In this document: piece by piece, positions 19,329 to 29,868 of the stretch
How the letters are laid out: every line of letters starts with the position of its first letter
How positions within the stretch are numbered: the stretch's first letter is position 1
Assembly: GCA_965204745.1 (NCBI GenBank)
Contig: OZ242010.1
Location: 5,184,001 to 5,248,000 of the forward strand
Reading direction: 5' to 3'
DNA from: Candidatus Latescibacterota bacterium
GTDB lineage: Bacteria > Latescibacterota > UBA2968
Length of the DNA stretch: 64,000 nucleotides
Notes under the pieces: generated by a model
What the model was told of the DNA's origin: nothing
What the model saw: the letters and a program-made list of their open reading frames with translations, nothing else
The model's database searches: none
Program-made: the position numbers and the translations under genes

Positions 19329-19627
19329 ACGAACATCTCTATGGCGTCTCGGGTACGATCAGAGGATGGCTTACTCGTTCATGTCTTTGGGCGATTGACC
19401 GCGGCTTGCTTCTTACTCGCTTTCTGCTCTTAATTCGCATTGACAACTGACAACTTGAGAGAGATAGCGCGGTGGCCTTCTCCCGTCTCCCGTCTCGCCT
19501 GTTGCTTTTGAACTTGTACCCCGTGCGTGTTTTTTGTGCCTCTGTATTGGCACGCGCTTGTTTTGCCTCTTTTATTTTCTTGTGAAGATGGCAAAACGAT
19601 TCTATTTTTTGCGCGGAGGTGATCTCA

Positions 19628-20428
19628 ATGTCTGCCAAAGCACGTCTCTACGCGATTATGGAAAAGGCCGAGGAGGGGGATCGGCTGAGTCGCATCTTTG
19701 ACATCTGCATTGTGACGCTCATCGTGCTGAATGTGACGATGGTCATTTTGGAGACGGTCAAAGGGGTAAAAGAGGTTTACGGTGGGTTTGTCGATGGTTT
19801 TGAAGCGATCTGTGTGCTGATCTTCACGGTTGAATACGCGCTGCGAATCTGGTGTTGCACCGCAGATGTAAAATTCGCGCGGCCCATCCGGGGGCGGTTG
19901 GCATTTATGCTGACGCCGTTGGCACTGATCGACCTGATCGCCATCTTCCCCTATTACGTTTTTTTGCTCGTGCCCGTGCCGCCCAATTACACCCTGCCCT
20001 TGCGCTTGTTGCGGCTATTCCGCCTGCTCAAAGTGGGGCGGTACTCGCGGTCGATGCGCTTGTTTGGCGGGGTCATCTGGCAAAAACGCCAAGAGCTTTA
20101 CATCGTGGCATTTGCATTGACGCTTTTGTTGGTGATCGTCTCGAGTTTGATGTATTTTGTCGAACACCACGCACAGCCCGATGCCTTTTCGAGCATTCCC
20201 AAAACCATGTGGTGGGGCATCGTCACCCTCACAACCGTGGGCTATGGCGACGTGTTTCCCATCACCCCATTGGGCAAGTTCTTGGGCGCGCTGATCGCGG
20301 TGCTCGGCGTGGGCATGTTCGCCTTGCCCGCGGGCATTTTGAGTTCCGGATTTGTCGAAGCCATGCAACACATTGACCGCGACCACAAGTGCCCGCATTG
20401 CGGAAAGGAAATCGGTAGCCAAAAATAA
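19628..20428 (+). CDS. Voltage-gated potassium channel / ion transporter
   Basis: S4 LRLLRLFRLLK; selectivity filter TTVGYGD. Confidence 0.93.
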   Translation: MSAKARLYAIMEKAEEGDRLSRIFDICIVTLIVLNVTMVILETVKGVKEVYGGFVDGFEAICVLIFTVEYALRIWCCTADVKFARPIRGRLAFMLTPLALIDLIAIFPYYVFLLVPVPPNYTLPLRLLRLFRLLKVGRYSRSMRLFGGVIWQKRQELYIVAFALTLLLVIVSSLMYFVEHHAQPDAFSSIPKTMWWGIVTLTTVGYGDVFPITPLGKFLGALIAVLGVGMFALPAGILSSGFVEAMQHIDRDHKCPHCGKEIGSQK

Positions 20429-20454
20429 ACGCAAAGATGAGAAAGGAGTCAAAA

Positions 20455-21255
20455 ATGAAATGGGTCATTGGCAGCACCACGCGCCCCTATAACGCCTTGT
20501 CATTTGCCGAGGCGTGCGAGCGGATCGCCCGTGCGGGATATGCGGATGTGGCTGTATTCGCACACAACCGGGTGATGCCCGTGGACGCTGACAGCAGCGC
20601 GGCAGAGGTCGCAGATGCCAAAAAGGCCGCTGCCCACGCCGGGCTTCATCCCTCCATGTTGCTCGGGCAAGCGCGGTTGGATCGCGGCGTTGAAGGCGCT
20701 GTGACCGCGTACAAACACTTGTTGAACAACGCCGCCGAACTGGGCGCGCAGTGGGTCTTGGAATTGGGAACGAGCAAGGAAGCGCATTACGGCATCTATC
20801 CCGAAGTGATGCGCCGAGCCGCCGAACACGCAGAGACTGTAGGCGTGGGGATTTCCCTGAAGCCACACGGCGGCATCAGCCTGACCGCGAAAGAACTCAT
20901 CGACCTGTACCATCGCGTGGATCGCCCGGCATTTGCGGTGAGCTACGACCCGGGCAATATCATCCACTACACCCGCGGCGACGTGCGCCCAGAGCGAGAA
21001 GTGGATGAGATCGCCCCCTACACTTCAACGGCCATTGTGAAAGACTGCGCGCTCGATGCCGAGAACAATCCCGATGTGAACACCACAGCAGGCGATGGCG
21101 AAGTCGATTTTCACCGCATACTCTCCGGATTGACCCGCGGCGGCTTCACCGGGCCTCTGTACGTGGAATGCGTCGGCTCCAAAGACCATGAGGGCATAGA
21201 CCGCGACCTGGCCTTTACGCTTGGATATATCAAAGGGATTCTGTCAGGGCTGTAA
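20455..21255 (+). CDS. Sugar phosphate isomerase/epimerase (TIM barrel) family
   Basis: LKPHGG, YDPGN, VKD, GDGEVDF, GPLYVE. Confidence 0.8.
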   Translation: MKWVIGSTTRPYNALSFAEACERIARAGYADVAVFAHNRVMPVDADSSAAEVADAKKAAAHAGLHPSMLLGQARLDRGVEGAVTAYKHLLNNAAELGAQWVLELGTSKEAHYGIYPEVMRRAAEHAETVGVGISLKPHGGISLTAKELIDLYHRVDRPAFAVSYDPGNIIHYTRGDVRPEREVDEIAPYTSTAIVKDCALDAENNPDVNTTAGDGEVDFHRILSGLTRGGFTGPLYVECVGSKDHEGIDRDLAFTLGYIKGILSGL

Positions 21256-21267
21256 AAGGAGGATGTT

Positions 21268-22269
21268 ATGCCAAACAAAATTCGGGTTGCAGTGATTGGA
21301 ACCGGGCAGCGAGGGCCGGCGCATGCGCGGGCCTTGTTGGGATGCGACAACGCCGAACTCGCCCTCGTGTGCGATATAGACGAAGCGCGGGCCAAAAACG
21401 CGGCTGAGAATTTCAATGTGGAGTACGTGCTCGATCACCGCGAGGCGATAGCGTGCGAGGATATCGACGCGCTGGGCATTGCAACGCACACGCGCCACCA
21501 TGCAGGGGTTATGCGAGACGTTGCCGCAGCGGGCAAGCCGTTTCTGGTCGAAAAGCCATATTGCGAAAGCATCGAATCCGGCAAAGAAATTTGCGAGATC
21601 GCAGAGCGGCAAGGCGTCGTCGCGATGGTGGGCTATCAATCGCGCTTCACCGCGTTTGCCCAAGAGATGAAGGCACTCGCCGAGCAAATCGACTTGGTGC
21701 AGACCAATGTCACGCTTCAGCGCGGATTTTTCAACCCGCAATACTTTTTCCCCGAACATTACAGCGGCATCATAGACGCGCTTTCGCATACGATGGACCT
21801 GGCACTGTGGTGGACGGGCGCGTTGCCTGTGGAAGTGATGGCGCACGAGCGATGCGGCTTGTTCAAACCCGATAAAGGTGCCGTGGAATTTGTCAACATC
21901 ATCGCCCGGTGCGAAGGCGGGCAAATCGCGTGTATGACGGGCAGCATGGCCGGATTGCAAATGCAGAACATCTTTCAAATGGCGGGTTTGCGGGGCAATA
22001 TCTCGGCCACAGACCGCAACCGGATCCGGTACGTCACCCATCGCGGATTTAACGAAGACAAAACCCCAATCGATCTCAAAGCGGGCGAATGGACCGGATC
22101 TCGCAACGAAGGCATGGATATGTGGACGCACTTTGCCCAATGCGTGCGAGAAGGGCGAACCGATGTCTCGCCCGGAGCGAGCCTGCGAGAAGGCCTGGCG
22201 CAAGTGGCGGTGAGCGAAGGCGCGTATCGCTCGTCCAACGAAGGGAAAGCCATCGCCATCGCGCTTTAG
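21268..22269 (+). CDS. Gfo/Idh/MocA family oxidoreductase
   Basis: VAVIGTG, LVEKP, VGYQSRF. Confidence 0.9.
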   Translation: MPNKIRVAVIGTGQRGPAHARALLGCDNAELALVCDIDEARAKNAAENFNVEYVLDHREAIACEDIDALGIATHTRHHAGVMRDVAAAGKPFLVEKPYCESIESGKEICEIAERQGVVAMVGYQSRFTAFAQEMKALAEQIDLVQTNVTLQRGFFNPQYFFPEHYSGIIDALSHTMDLALWWTGALPVEVMAHERCGLFKPDKGAVEFVNIIARCEGGQIACMTGSMAGLQMQNIFQMAGLRGNISATDRNRIRYVTHRGFNEDKTPIDLKAGEWTGSRNEGMDMWTHFAQCVREGRTDVSPGASLREGLAQVAVSEGAYRSSNEGKAIAIAL

Positions 22270-22324
22270 GGCGCGCTCAACCTGATGGGAGACGAGCTGA
22301 ATCCCGGATTGAGATCGCGAGGTC

Positions 22325-23161
22325 TTACAAGAGCGGCAATTGCGGGGTCTTGGGAGGATAGAAAACGCCAATGATAATGAAAGGATTTCGCGATCTGCGA
22401 TGATGTTGTAGCGTAGTACCCAAAAAGAGATACACGTCATTCTTCTCGAGAAACGTATCGAAATATTTCTTGCGAACAAGCGCGTTGGCTTCTGCTTCAT
22501 CTCCATCGGTTTGTTTCAAGCAATTCCAGAACAGCGCGCCGATTTCCCAATCTTCAATCATCATTCTACGTGGCTGATCATCGCCTTCCGAAAGAAGCTT
22601 ATAGGAATACTTGTAAGGCAATTTTCGCACAACCGGACGCGATTGCATCTCCCCCAGTTCATTGGTTTCAAAAATATCACCCTGTTGATTTTGAGCGATA
22701 AATTTATCGTTCCAATCGCGATCTGTTTCTTCGATCACAAAATCGACAATTTCAGCGGGTTTAAGCGTAGCGAGCGATTTGAATTCCTCACTCTTGGCCC
22801 GTGCGATAAGTTCTTTCATCGATGTAAAAACTTCCTTCAGCACAAGGTTCTTGCGTTCAGCCCATGCATTTTGCGTACCCAGCTTATCGCCTACTTGAAT
22901 CAATTCATCGATGCCCCGATGTGGTCGATAGCTTTCGGGGCGAAAATCCTGTTCTCTTCTTTGCAAATCAAGCGTAATCCAACTGTATTTCGGATACTGC
23001 TGGCTATCCTGTAAAAACCGAAACGGAACCGGATAAATCCGAATCCACTGTTCGCCATTGAGCAATCCCGCTGTACAAACCAATTCTCCATACTTGCTCG
23101 AAGGCTGGGGATAGGTCTTAACCGTGATAAACACCTTTGCCTGGGGAATTTCACGATTCAT
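22325..23161 (-). CDS. Conserved hypothetical protein, DUF488-associated
   Basis: VKTYP...ELVCTAG, WIRIYPV, RPESY, IEDWE, FLGT; lower GC than flanks. Confidence 0.7.
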   Translation of the reverse strand: MNREIPQAKVFITVKTYPQPSSKYGELVCTAGLLNGEQWIRIYPVPFRFLQDSQQYPKYSWITLDLQRREQDFRPESYRPHRGIDELIQVGDKLGTQNAWAERKNLVLKEVFTSMKELIARAKSEEFKSLATLKPAEIVDFVIEETDRDWNDKFIAQNQQGDIFETNELGEMQSRPVVRKLPYKYSYKLLSEGDDQPRRMMIEDWEIGALFWNCLKQTDGDEAEANALVRKKYFDTFLEKNDVYLFLGTTLQHHRRSRNPFIIIGVFYPPKTPQLPLL

Positions 23162-23170
23162 TTTTGCCTC

Positions 23171-24055
23171 CTATAAATGGATAACTCGGGTGTCAAAGGC
23201 CGCGCTTTTTTTTAAGTATTCCGTCACCTGATTGCGATGACAGCAGTGATGATCTCTTTCAAAGCACGTTAATGCAATGCGCGTGTGTTCGTCCAATAAT
23301 ATCTCGACATCTTTGAGACACTCGCGTTGGTTTGGCAAAATTTCTGTGCTATAATATTCAAACAAATCTCGATACGCCCTTGGCGAATTTAGATCGCGCC
23401 GCAAATTTGATGGAATGCCCAACTCTGGCAGGTGGTAATATTGAAGACCGGCGCGTTCTGTATAACGTTGGAATTTCGCTTTGGAAAACCCATATTTCAT
23501 AGAGAATGGATTTTTTCGCACATCGACGAGTGCCTTGACGTGATGGGCGATCAACTGATTCAGATAGGCGTCAATGCTTTTGCCCTCGTATCCAATTGTG
23601 AAAAGACACGGCGATGTATCTCGCAAAAACCACGGTTGCAAGGACGCGATTTCATCTTGGCTTAACACCTCGGAAAGAATCGCACTTCGACAGGCGTAGT
23701 GAGGAAATTCGAGATATGTTTTTCGAATGAGTGGATTGCCGCGCAACCCATTTGTTTTTGCGACAAAAGTTTTAAGAGCAATTTGATCTTTGGGCTTGAG
23801 TTGCTCAATGAAAGACGCATCTGCGACAACCACAAAATTCTCATTCTCGCCCAAAAGTCCTCGTGATTCCAAACGACTCTTATCCCAATAAGACAAAAAA
23901 CTAAACCCACCGTATTTGTAGGGAAAAAAATCGTAGAAATTTTGCTTGGTATATTGGCAAAACAAAAAGAGCAATTTTTGAAAATCCGTCCGCTTTAATT
24001 TTTTCCCACATGCCTCAACCAATGCCAATAGAATTTTTTGCCGATAATACATCAT
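23171..24055 (-). CDS. DUF488 domain protein with N-terminal wHTH-like region
   Basis: FTIGYEG, LVDVRKNP.S, LGIPS, LTCFE...CHR. Confidence 0.85.
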   Translation of the reverse strand: MMYYRQKILLALVEACGKKLKRTDFQKLLFLFCQYTKQNFYDFFPYKYGGFSFLSYWDKSRLESRGLLGENENFVVVADASFIEQLKPKDQIALKTFVAKTNGLRGNPLIRKTYLEFPHYACRSAILSEVLSQDEIASLQPWFLRDTSPCLFTIGYEGKSIDAYLNQLIAHHVKALVDVRKNPFSMKYGFSKAKFQRYTERAGLQYYHLPELGIPSNLRRDLNSPRAYRDLFEYYSTEILPNQRECLKDVEILLDEHTRIALTCFERDHHCCHRNQVTEYLKKSAAFDTRVIHL

Positions 24056-24161
24056 AGCACACCTCACATTGAGCAACCCAAGGATCACAAACGCACATCG
24101 TGCAATTTACTACACGAATGTTCAGTTGTCAAGTTTGTTTTTTTCCACGCAAAGGAAGGAT

Positions 24162-24692
24162 ATGGACTTCGTTCAAAAAGACGCGCGGATAACACCGCAT
24201 TATTTTGCGGACGACGGGCGGATTCCGAACAGCGCGTTTCCCCTGTTGGTCTATCGCGGCGCCCTGTCATTGCCCAACGACGATCCCGCTTGGGCATTTG
24301 AACAGGTGTTTGCGACCAATCGCTGGTCGCGCTCGTGGCGCGATGGGATTTATACCTTTCACCACTATCACGCGACCGCCCATGAAGTGCTGGGCATTGC
24401 GCGGGGAAGTGCCGAGGTGTGTATGGGAGGCGAACGCGGGGCGCGGTTGACAATCGGGCCTGGCGATGTGATGGTCATTCCCGCGGGCGTGGGACACAAA
24501 AACTTGGGCGCGAGTGCGGATTTGCTGGTGGTCGGCGCCTATCCCGATGGGCAGCATCCGGACTTGTGTCGGGACAGCGCGAGCGACCACGAGCGCGCAC
24601 TGGATCACATCCCCAACGTGTCGATGCCGGATTCCGATCCGGTCTTCGGCGTCGCGGGCGGGTTGGTGACATTGTGGAACCGCGAACTCTGA
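24162..24692 (+). CDS. Cupin protein (YjlB-like)
   Basis: FHHYHATAHEVL, GDVMVIPAGVGH. Confidence 0.85.
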   Translation: MDFVQKDARITPHYFADDGRIPNSAFPLLVYRGALSLPNDDPAWAFEQVFATNRWSRSWRDGIYTFHHYHATAHEVLGIARGSAEVCMGGERGARLTIGPGDVMVIPAGVGHKNLGASADLLVVGAYPDGQHPDLCRDSASDHERALDHIPNVSMPDSDPVFGVAGGLVTLWNREL

Positions 24693-24728
24693 TGCACGCG
24701 ACGCGATCCATCGAATAAGAGGATAACA

Positions 24729-26978
24729 ATGGCCGTCCAACTATCAGAACCCGAACGACTCGACTTGGCGATAGAGGGCATGACGTGTAGCGCGTGCTCG
24801 GCGCGTCTCGAACAGGCGTTGATCAACGCAACCGGCGTCTTGGAAGCCACCGTCAACTTGGCTTTGGAACGGGCGATAGTCAGCATTGACCCGGCGCAAA
24901 CCGACCGCGATTCGGTCGTCGATGCGGTGCGCCGCTGTGGGTTCGACGTCGGCATGCAAACCGGCACCTCGCCAGACGCGGGCGAGCCTGATACCGAGCG
25001 CAGGGCGATTCTGATCGCGGCGATCTTGACCGCGCCATTCATCATCCAGATGGCGGGCATGTTCGCCAACGCCCCATATTTGCACCTGCCGCCGTGGGTG
25101 CAACTAACATTGGTCATCCCCATCCAATTCGCACTCGGCTCGCGCTTCTACCGCGGCGCGATCAACGCACTGCGCGGCGGCGGGGCCAACATGGACGTGC
25201 TCGTCGCACTGGGAACCACCGCAGCATTCGCTTACAGCGTCTATCAGATGGTCATCCCCGGCGCGGGCCATCTCTACTTCGAGGCATCGGCGGTCATCAT
25301 CACCCTCGTCCTGGTCGGCAAGCACATCGAGGCACGGGCCAAGCGCGGGGCCTCGGCCGCGATTCGGGCACTCTTGGCCCTGCGCCCCGACACCGCCCTC
25401 ATGCGGCTCCCGAATGGCGAACTCATAGAACGCCCGGCGCGCGCCTTAAAGGTGGGCGACATCGTCGTCTGCCGCCCTGGCGATCAAGTGGCTGTCGATG
25501 GCATCATCGCACGCGGAGAAGCCGAAATTGACGAATCCCTCATCACTGGCGAAAGCAATCTCATCCCCAAAATGACGGGCGATTCGGTCACGGCCGGCGC
25601 CATCAACATCGACGGCTTCATCGACATCGAGACCCGGGCCGTCGGCGACAACGCCACGCTTGCCAAAATGATCCGCTTGGTCGAAACCGCGCAAGTCGGC
25701 AAACCAGCGGTGCAACGCCTCGTGGATCGCATCAGTGCCATCTTCGTCCCCGCGGTCGTTTCCATCAGCGCGGTCACATTCGCGGGTTGGTACCTAGCCG
25801 GCGCGCATCTCCAACGCGCCATCGTTCACCTCGCCGAGCTCACGGGCTTCGCGCCCCCGAGTTTTGCCGGCGACATCATCGAACACGCACTCATCAGCGC
25901 CGTCGCCGTGTTGGTCATCGCCTGCCCCTGCGCCTTGGGCTTGGCGACGCCGACCGCAATCATGACCGGCGCTGGCGCGGCAATGCGGGCCGGCATCTTG
26001 ATCAAAGACATCGCCACCTTAGAGCGAGCACACGACTTGTCGCATGTGGTCTTCGACAAAACCGGCACCCTAACCGAAGGCAAGCCGGCTATCGCCGAAA
26101 TCGAATTGCTGTCCGATCTCAAAGAAAACGAAGTCCTCCAAATCGCGGCAACATTGCAACAGGGAAGCGAACACCCCATCGCCGAGGCATTTCGCACGGT
26201 TGCAACCCATCGGGGGCTTGGACTCTCAACAGTCGAGCACTTCAAAAGCACGGTGGCACGCGGCATTGAAGGCGACATCGACGGCATCCGCTACTTCATC
26301 GGCAATGACCGCATGGTCCGGGGCAAGGGCCTGGACTTACCCCAACGCACGTTGTCGCACCGCGGGGCAGACGTGTATCTCGGTGCTCGTCTCAAAGAGG
26401 GGAATGTCCTGCTCGCCCGGTTTGAACTTGTCGATGCCGTGCGCGCAGAGGCCAAAGCCGCTATCCGGCAACTCGAGCGGCTCGGCGTCATTCCCTTGTT
26501 GGTATCCGGCGATGCCGCGCCCGCAACCGAGCGAGTCGCCAAAGAATTGGGCATTGACGACATGCACGCCGAAGCCGGGCCGGAAGACAAGGCCGCGATC
26601 ATCCAACGCCTGACCGACAACGGCGCGTGCGTCGGCATGGTGGGCGATGGGATCAACGACGCCCCCGCACTCGCCCAAGCCACTGTCGGCATCGCGATGG
26701 GCTCGGGCACCGATGTGGCAATGGAAACCGCCGCCATCACCCTCATGCGCCCCGATCCCCGGCTCGTGCCCGCCGCCATCGAAGCGAGCCGCAAAACCTT
26801 TCGCAAGATCAAACAAAATCTGTTCTGGGCCTTTTTGTACAATGTCATCGGCCTGCCCCTCGCCGCACTCGGCTTCCTAAGCCCGTCTCTGGCCGGCGCA
26901 GCGATGGCCTTTTCGAGTGTCAGTGTCGTAACCAACTCGCTCTTATTGCGCTCTTGGCAACCCAAACGCGATGCGTAA
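24729..26978 (+). CDS. copA: Heavy-metal (Cu+) P1B-type ATPase
   Basis: GMTCSAC, TGES, CPC, DKTGT, SEHP, GDGIND, YN. Confidence 0.9.
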   Translation: MAVQLSEPERLDLAIEGMTCSACSARLEQALINATGVLEATVNLALERAIVSIDPAQTDRDSVVDAVRRCGFDVGMQTGTSPDAGEPDTERRAILIAAILTAPFIIQMAGMFANAPYLHLPPWVQLTLVIPIQFALGSRFYRGAINALRGGGANMDVLVALGTTAAFAYSVYQMVIPGAGHLYFEASAVIITLVLVGKHIEARAKRGASAAIRALLALRPDTALMRLPNGELIERPARALKVGDIVVCRPGDQVAVDGIIARGEAEIDESLITGESNLIPKMTGDSVTAGAINIDGFIDIETRAVGDNATLAKMIRLVETAQVGKPAVQRLVDRISAIFVPAVVSISAVTFAGWYLAGAHLQRAIVHLAELTGFAPPSFAGDIIEHALISAVAVLVIACPCALGLATPTAIMTGAGAAMRAGILIKDIATLERAHDLSHVVFDKTGTLTEGKPAIAEIELLSDLKENEVLQIAATLQQGSEHPIAEAFRTVATHRGLGLSTVEHFKSTVARGIEGDIDGIRYFIGNDRMVRGKGLDLPQRTLSHRGADVYLGARLKEGNVLLARFELVDAVRAEAKAAIRQLERLGVIPLLVSGDAAPATERVAKELGIDDMHAEAGPEDKAAIIQRLTDNGACVGMVGDGINDAPALAQATVGIAMGSGTDVAMETAAITLMRPDPRLVPAAIEASRKTFRKIKQNLFWAFLYNVIGLPLAALGFLSPSLAGAAMAFSSVSVVTNSLLLRSWQPKRDA

Positions 26979-27006
26979 TGCGAATTTCGCTTCTTACGAG
27001 GTATTC

Positions 27007-28464
27007 ATGCAACCGACAAATCTGCTGTACATCATCTCCGACCAACACAATCGCAACTTGCTCGGGTGTTACGGACACCCGATGGTGCAAACGCCCAACT
27101 TGGATCGCTTGGCCGAGCGCGGCACGCGATTTGCCAATGCCTATACCAACTGTCCGATTTGCGTGCCCGCCCGCGCATCTTTGGCTACGGGTCGCTACGT
27201 GCATCAAATCGGCAACTGGGACAACGGACAACCCTATGATGGCAGCGTTCCGAGTTGGCATCACCGCTTGCGCGAGCAGGGGGTTCACGCGGCGTCAATC
27301 GGCAAATTGCACTTTCAGGGGCACGGCGCAGATCACGGGTTTGGGGAGGAAATCGAGCCGTTGAACGTCGTAGATGGCGTGGGCGATGTCTTGGGCTGCA
27401 TTCGAGATCTGCCCCCCTTTCGCAACAAGCGGCCGGGCATCCGCGAAGCCGGGCCAGGGGACTCCACGTACTTGCAATACGACCAGCGCAATGCGGACAA
27501 CGCGATCAAGTGGCTGCGCGCCCATCGGAATGACGAAAAGCCCTGGTGCCTGTTTTTGTCCTTTGTGTGCCCGCACCCGCCGTACATCGCCCCGCCGGAC
27601 TTGTACGATATTTACGACCCCGACGAGTTGCCCATGCCCCCGCAGTGGCGCGCCGAGGATTGGCCCGATCATCCCGCAATGGATTATTTCAGGCGATTTT
27701 TCACCTTCGATCCCCAGTTCGCAGAACCCATCGTGCGGCAACTGAACGCGGCCTATTACGCGGTGTGTACGTACTTGGATCGGCAAATTGGTCGCGTGCT
27801 CGATTCATTGGACGAGTTGGAATTGACCCACAACACGCGCGTGATCTACACGTCTGACCACGGCGAGCACCTAGGCGGCCGCGGGATTTACGGCAAATTT
27901 ACCATGTATGAAGACGCCGCAGCCGTGCCCTTTTTAGTTGCCGGGCCAGAGGTGCCCGCCGGCAAAGTGGTGGCAACCCCCGTGTCGCTCATCGACAGTT
28001 TTCCGACAATTGTGGAAGCCGTGGGCGCGCAGCAAACCGCCGCAGACGCGGATTTGCCGGGCGAATCCCTGTGGGTTATCGCCCAAGACGGAAACCGCGA
28101 CCGCACGGTCTTTGGCGAATACCACGCGGTTGGAGCAAAACACGGCGCGTACATGCTACGAAATCTGCAATACAAATACATCTACTATGTCAACGACCCG
28201 CCGCAACTGTTCGACGCGACAACTGACCCCGACGAATGCGATGATCTCGCGCCATTGCCCGACAGTCGGGACGCGCTGGAAATTTTGGAGTACGAACTGC
28301 GAGAAATCGTCGATCCCGAAGCCGCGGATGCCCAAGCCAAAGCCGCGCAAAAAGCCACCATAGACGCCTTGGGTGGCAAAGAAGCCGTAATTCAACGCGG
28401 GGCATTTGACAACTCACCCGTGCCCGGAGAAGCCCCTGCGTTTCGGCAACACGGCGCCGAGTAA
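27007..28464 (+). CDS. Sulfatase (choline-sulfatase-like)
   Basis: SDQH, CVPARAS, GKLH, SDHG. Confidence 0.9.
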   Translation: MQPTNLLYIISDQHNRNLLGCYGHPMVQTPNLDRLAERGTRFANAYTNCPICVPARASLATGRYVHQIGNWDNGQPYDGSVPSWHHRLREQGVHAASIGKLHFQGHGADHGFGEEIEPLNVVDGVGDVLGCIRDLPPFRNKRPGIREAGPGDSTYLQYDQRNADNAIKWLRAHRNDEKPWCLFLSFVCPHPPYIAPPDLYDIYDPDELPMPPQWRAEDWPDHPAMDYFRRFFTFDPQFAEPIVRQLNAAYYAVCTYLDRQIGRVLDSLDELELTHNTRVIYTSDHGEHLGGRGIYGKFTMYEDAAAVPFLVAGPEVPAGKVVATPVSLIDSFPTIVEAVGAQQTAADADLPGESLWVIAQDGNRDRTVFGEYHAVGAKHGAYMLRNLQYKYIYYVNDPPQLFDATTDPDECDDLAPLPDSRDALEILEYELREIVDPEAADAQAKAAQKATIDALGGKEAVIQRGAFDNSPVPGEAPAFRQHGAE

Positions 28465-28604
28465 GTGCCATCCCAACAGGAGATCGCCGTGTCCGAAACC
28501 GTTAAGCCATTGATCGATGGGCTTTCGTTTTTCACCCGGCAAAAGGTCGCGATCAGCCGGTGGATGGACGCAAAGCGACCATTTTTTTCTTTGGGAAGCC
28601 CATA

Positions 28605-29126
28605 ATGCACGCGCTCGATTTTTGGAAAACCGTGACGATGGACCAGAGTCATTTTTTAGATCAGTTGATCGATTTGCTGACCGCGCACGAGATTGCGTAT
28701 TGCGTGATCGGTGGGCAAGCTGTCAATGCCTATGCCGAGCCAGTGGTCAGTCTCGATCTCGATCTGGTCGTCGCCATAGCACATCTCGACCGGGCAGTGG
28801 CCCTGCTAAAAGGGAATTTCGCACTCAAAAAATTTCCCCATAGCCTCAACGTGTACCAAGAGGGATCGGATTTGCGCGTGCAAATTCAAACCGATGCGCG
28901 ATATTTTGATTTTCCAGACCGCGCTGAACCGTGCGAAATTCTCGGTCTCGAACTGCCGGTCGCCTGCCTTGAAGACACCTTGCAAGGCAAGATATGGGCC
29001 GCACTGGATGCGGATCGCCGAAGCAGCAAACGGCAAAAAGACCTCGCCGACATCGCACGCCTCATCGAAACCCACCCCTTTCTCCAATCGCAAGTTCCCG
29101 CGGAAATTCTCTCAAAACTGGTATAA
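28605..29126 (+). CDS. Nucleotidyltransferase family protein
   Basis: IGGQAV...DLDLVV, R..KRQKDLADI. Confidence 0.7.
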   Translation: MHALDFWKTVTMDQSHFLDQLIDLLTAHEIAYCVIGGQAVNAYAEPVVSLDLDLVVAIAHLDRAVALLKGNFALKKFPHSLNVYQEGSDLRVQIQTDARYFDFPDRAEPCEILGLELPVACLEDTLQGKIWAALDADRRSSKRQKDLADIARLIETHPFLQSQVPAEILSKLV

Positions 29127-29128
29127 GC

Positions 29129-29587
29129 ATGGCAAGTCGGCACGCAGATTGGTTTCGGCAGGGACAGCGCGACCTAGCGCACGCCCGCAGAGCAACAGAG
29201 GATGGCGATTGCGAATGGGCCTGTTTTGCCGCGCAACAAGGCGCGGAGAAAGCGGTTAAAGCCGTTTTTCAAAAGATCGGTGCTGAAGCCTGGGGGCATT
29301 CCGTCACGGTGTTATTAGAGGCATTGCCCAATTCTTCCGCCTTTGAACCCGACCTTTTAGACGCGGCAAAAGAATTGGACAAACACCACATCCCGGCGCG
29401 GTATCCCAATTCTCATCCCCAAGGCGCGCCGTTTGAATACTATACGCGAGGAGAAGCGCGTCGTGCTGTATCAAACGCGGACAAAATCATCGCCTTCTGT
29501 TCGGGTCTTCTATTTGAACCGCCCCAAGACGATCCAGCGGCTTCGGCAGGCGATGGCGATGTTGAAGAGTCGGCACCCCGAGATTGA
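29129..29587 (+). CDS. HEPN domain protein
   Basis: WACFAAQQGAEKAVKA, WGHS, LDKHHIPARYP. Confidence 0.9.
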   Translation: MASRHADWFRQGQRDLAHARRATEDGDCEWACFAAQQGAEKAVKAVFQKIGAEAWGHSVTVLLEALPNSSAFEPDLLDAAKELDKHHIPARYPNSHPQGAPFEYYTRGEARRAVSNADKIIAFCSGLLFEPPQDDPAASAGDGDVEESAPRD

Positions 29588-29831
29588 GCGTGCGGTTCTG
29601 TTCGGTTCTCTGTGCCGCGGAGATGCCGTTCCCGGAAGCGATGCCGACGTGTTGCTCGTCCTCCGAGAAAGCGCGTTGCCTTTCCGCGAACGCAGTGTTT
29701 ATTACGCGCCCCAACACATCGGCATCGGCATACATATTTTTGCGTACACGCGCTCTGAATTGAACGCGATGCACACCGCGAAAAACACTTTTGTTCGCCG
29801 AGCACTACGAGAGGGAATGGATTTGGTTTGA
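29463..29831 (+). CDS. Minimal nucleotidyltransferase (MNT) partner of HEPN
   Basis: LFGSLCRGD...SDADVL; GTG start with GAGGAG RBS overlapping HEPN (start uncertain). Confidence 0.8.
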   Translation: MLYQTRTKSSPSVRVFYLNRPKTIQRLRQAMAMLKSRHPEIERAVLFGSLCRGDAVPGSDADVLLVLRESALPFRERSVYYAPQHIGIGIHIFAYTRSELNAMHTAKNTFVRRALREGMDLV

Positions 29832-29868
29832 TGACCCATTCGTTCAACCGCCACCATCAGGAGGAATC

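Noticed and set aside
19339-19440. Minus-strand short basic ORF or sRNA containing GCAGAAAGCG, similar to the cassette leader motif
   Set aside because: Only a 10-nt match, with no clear promoter or RBS
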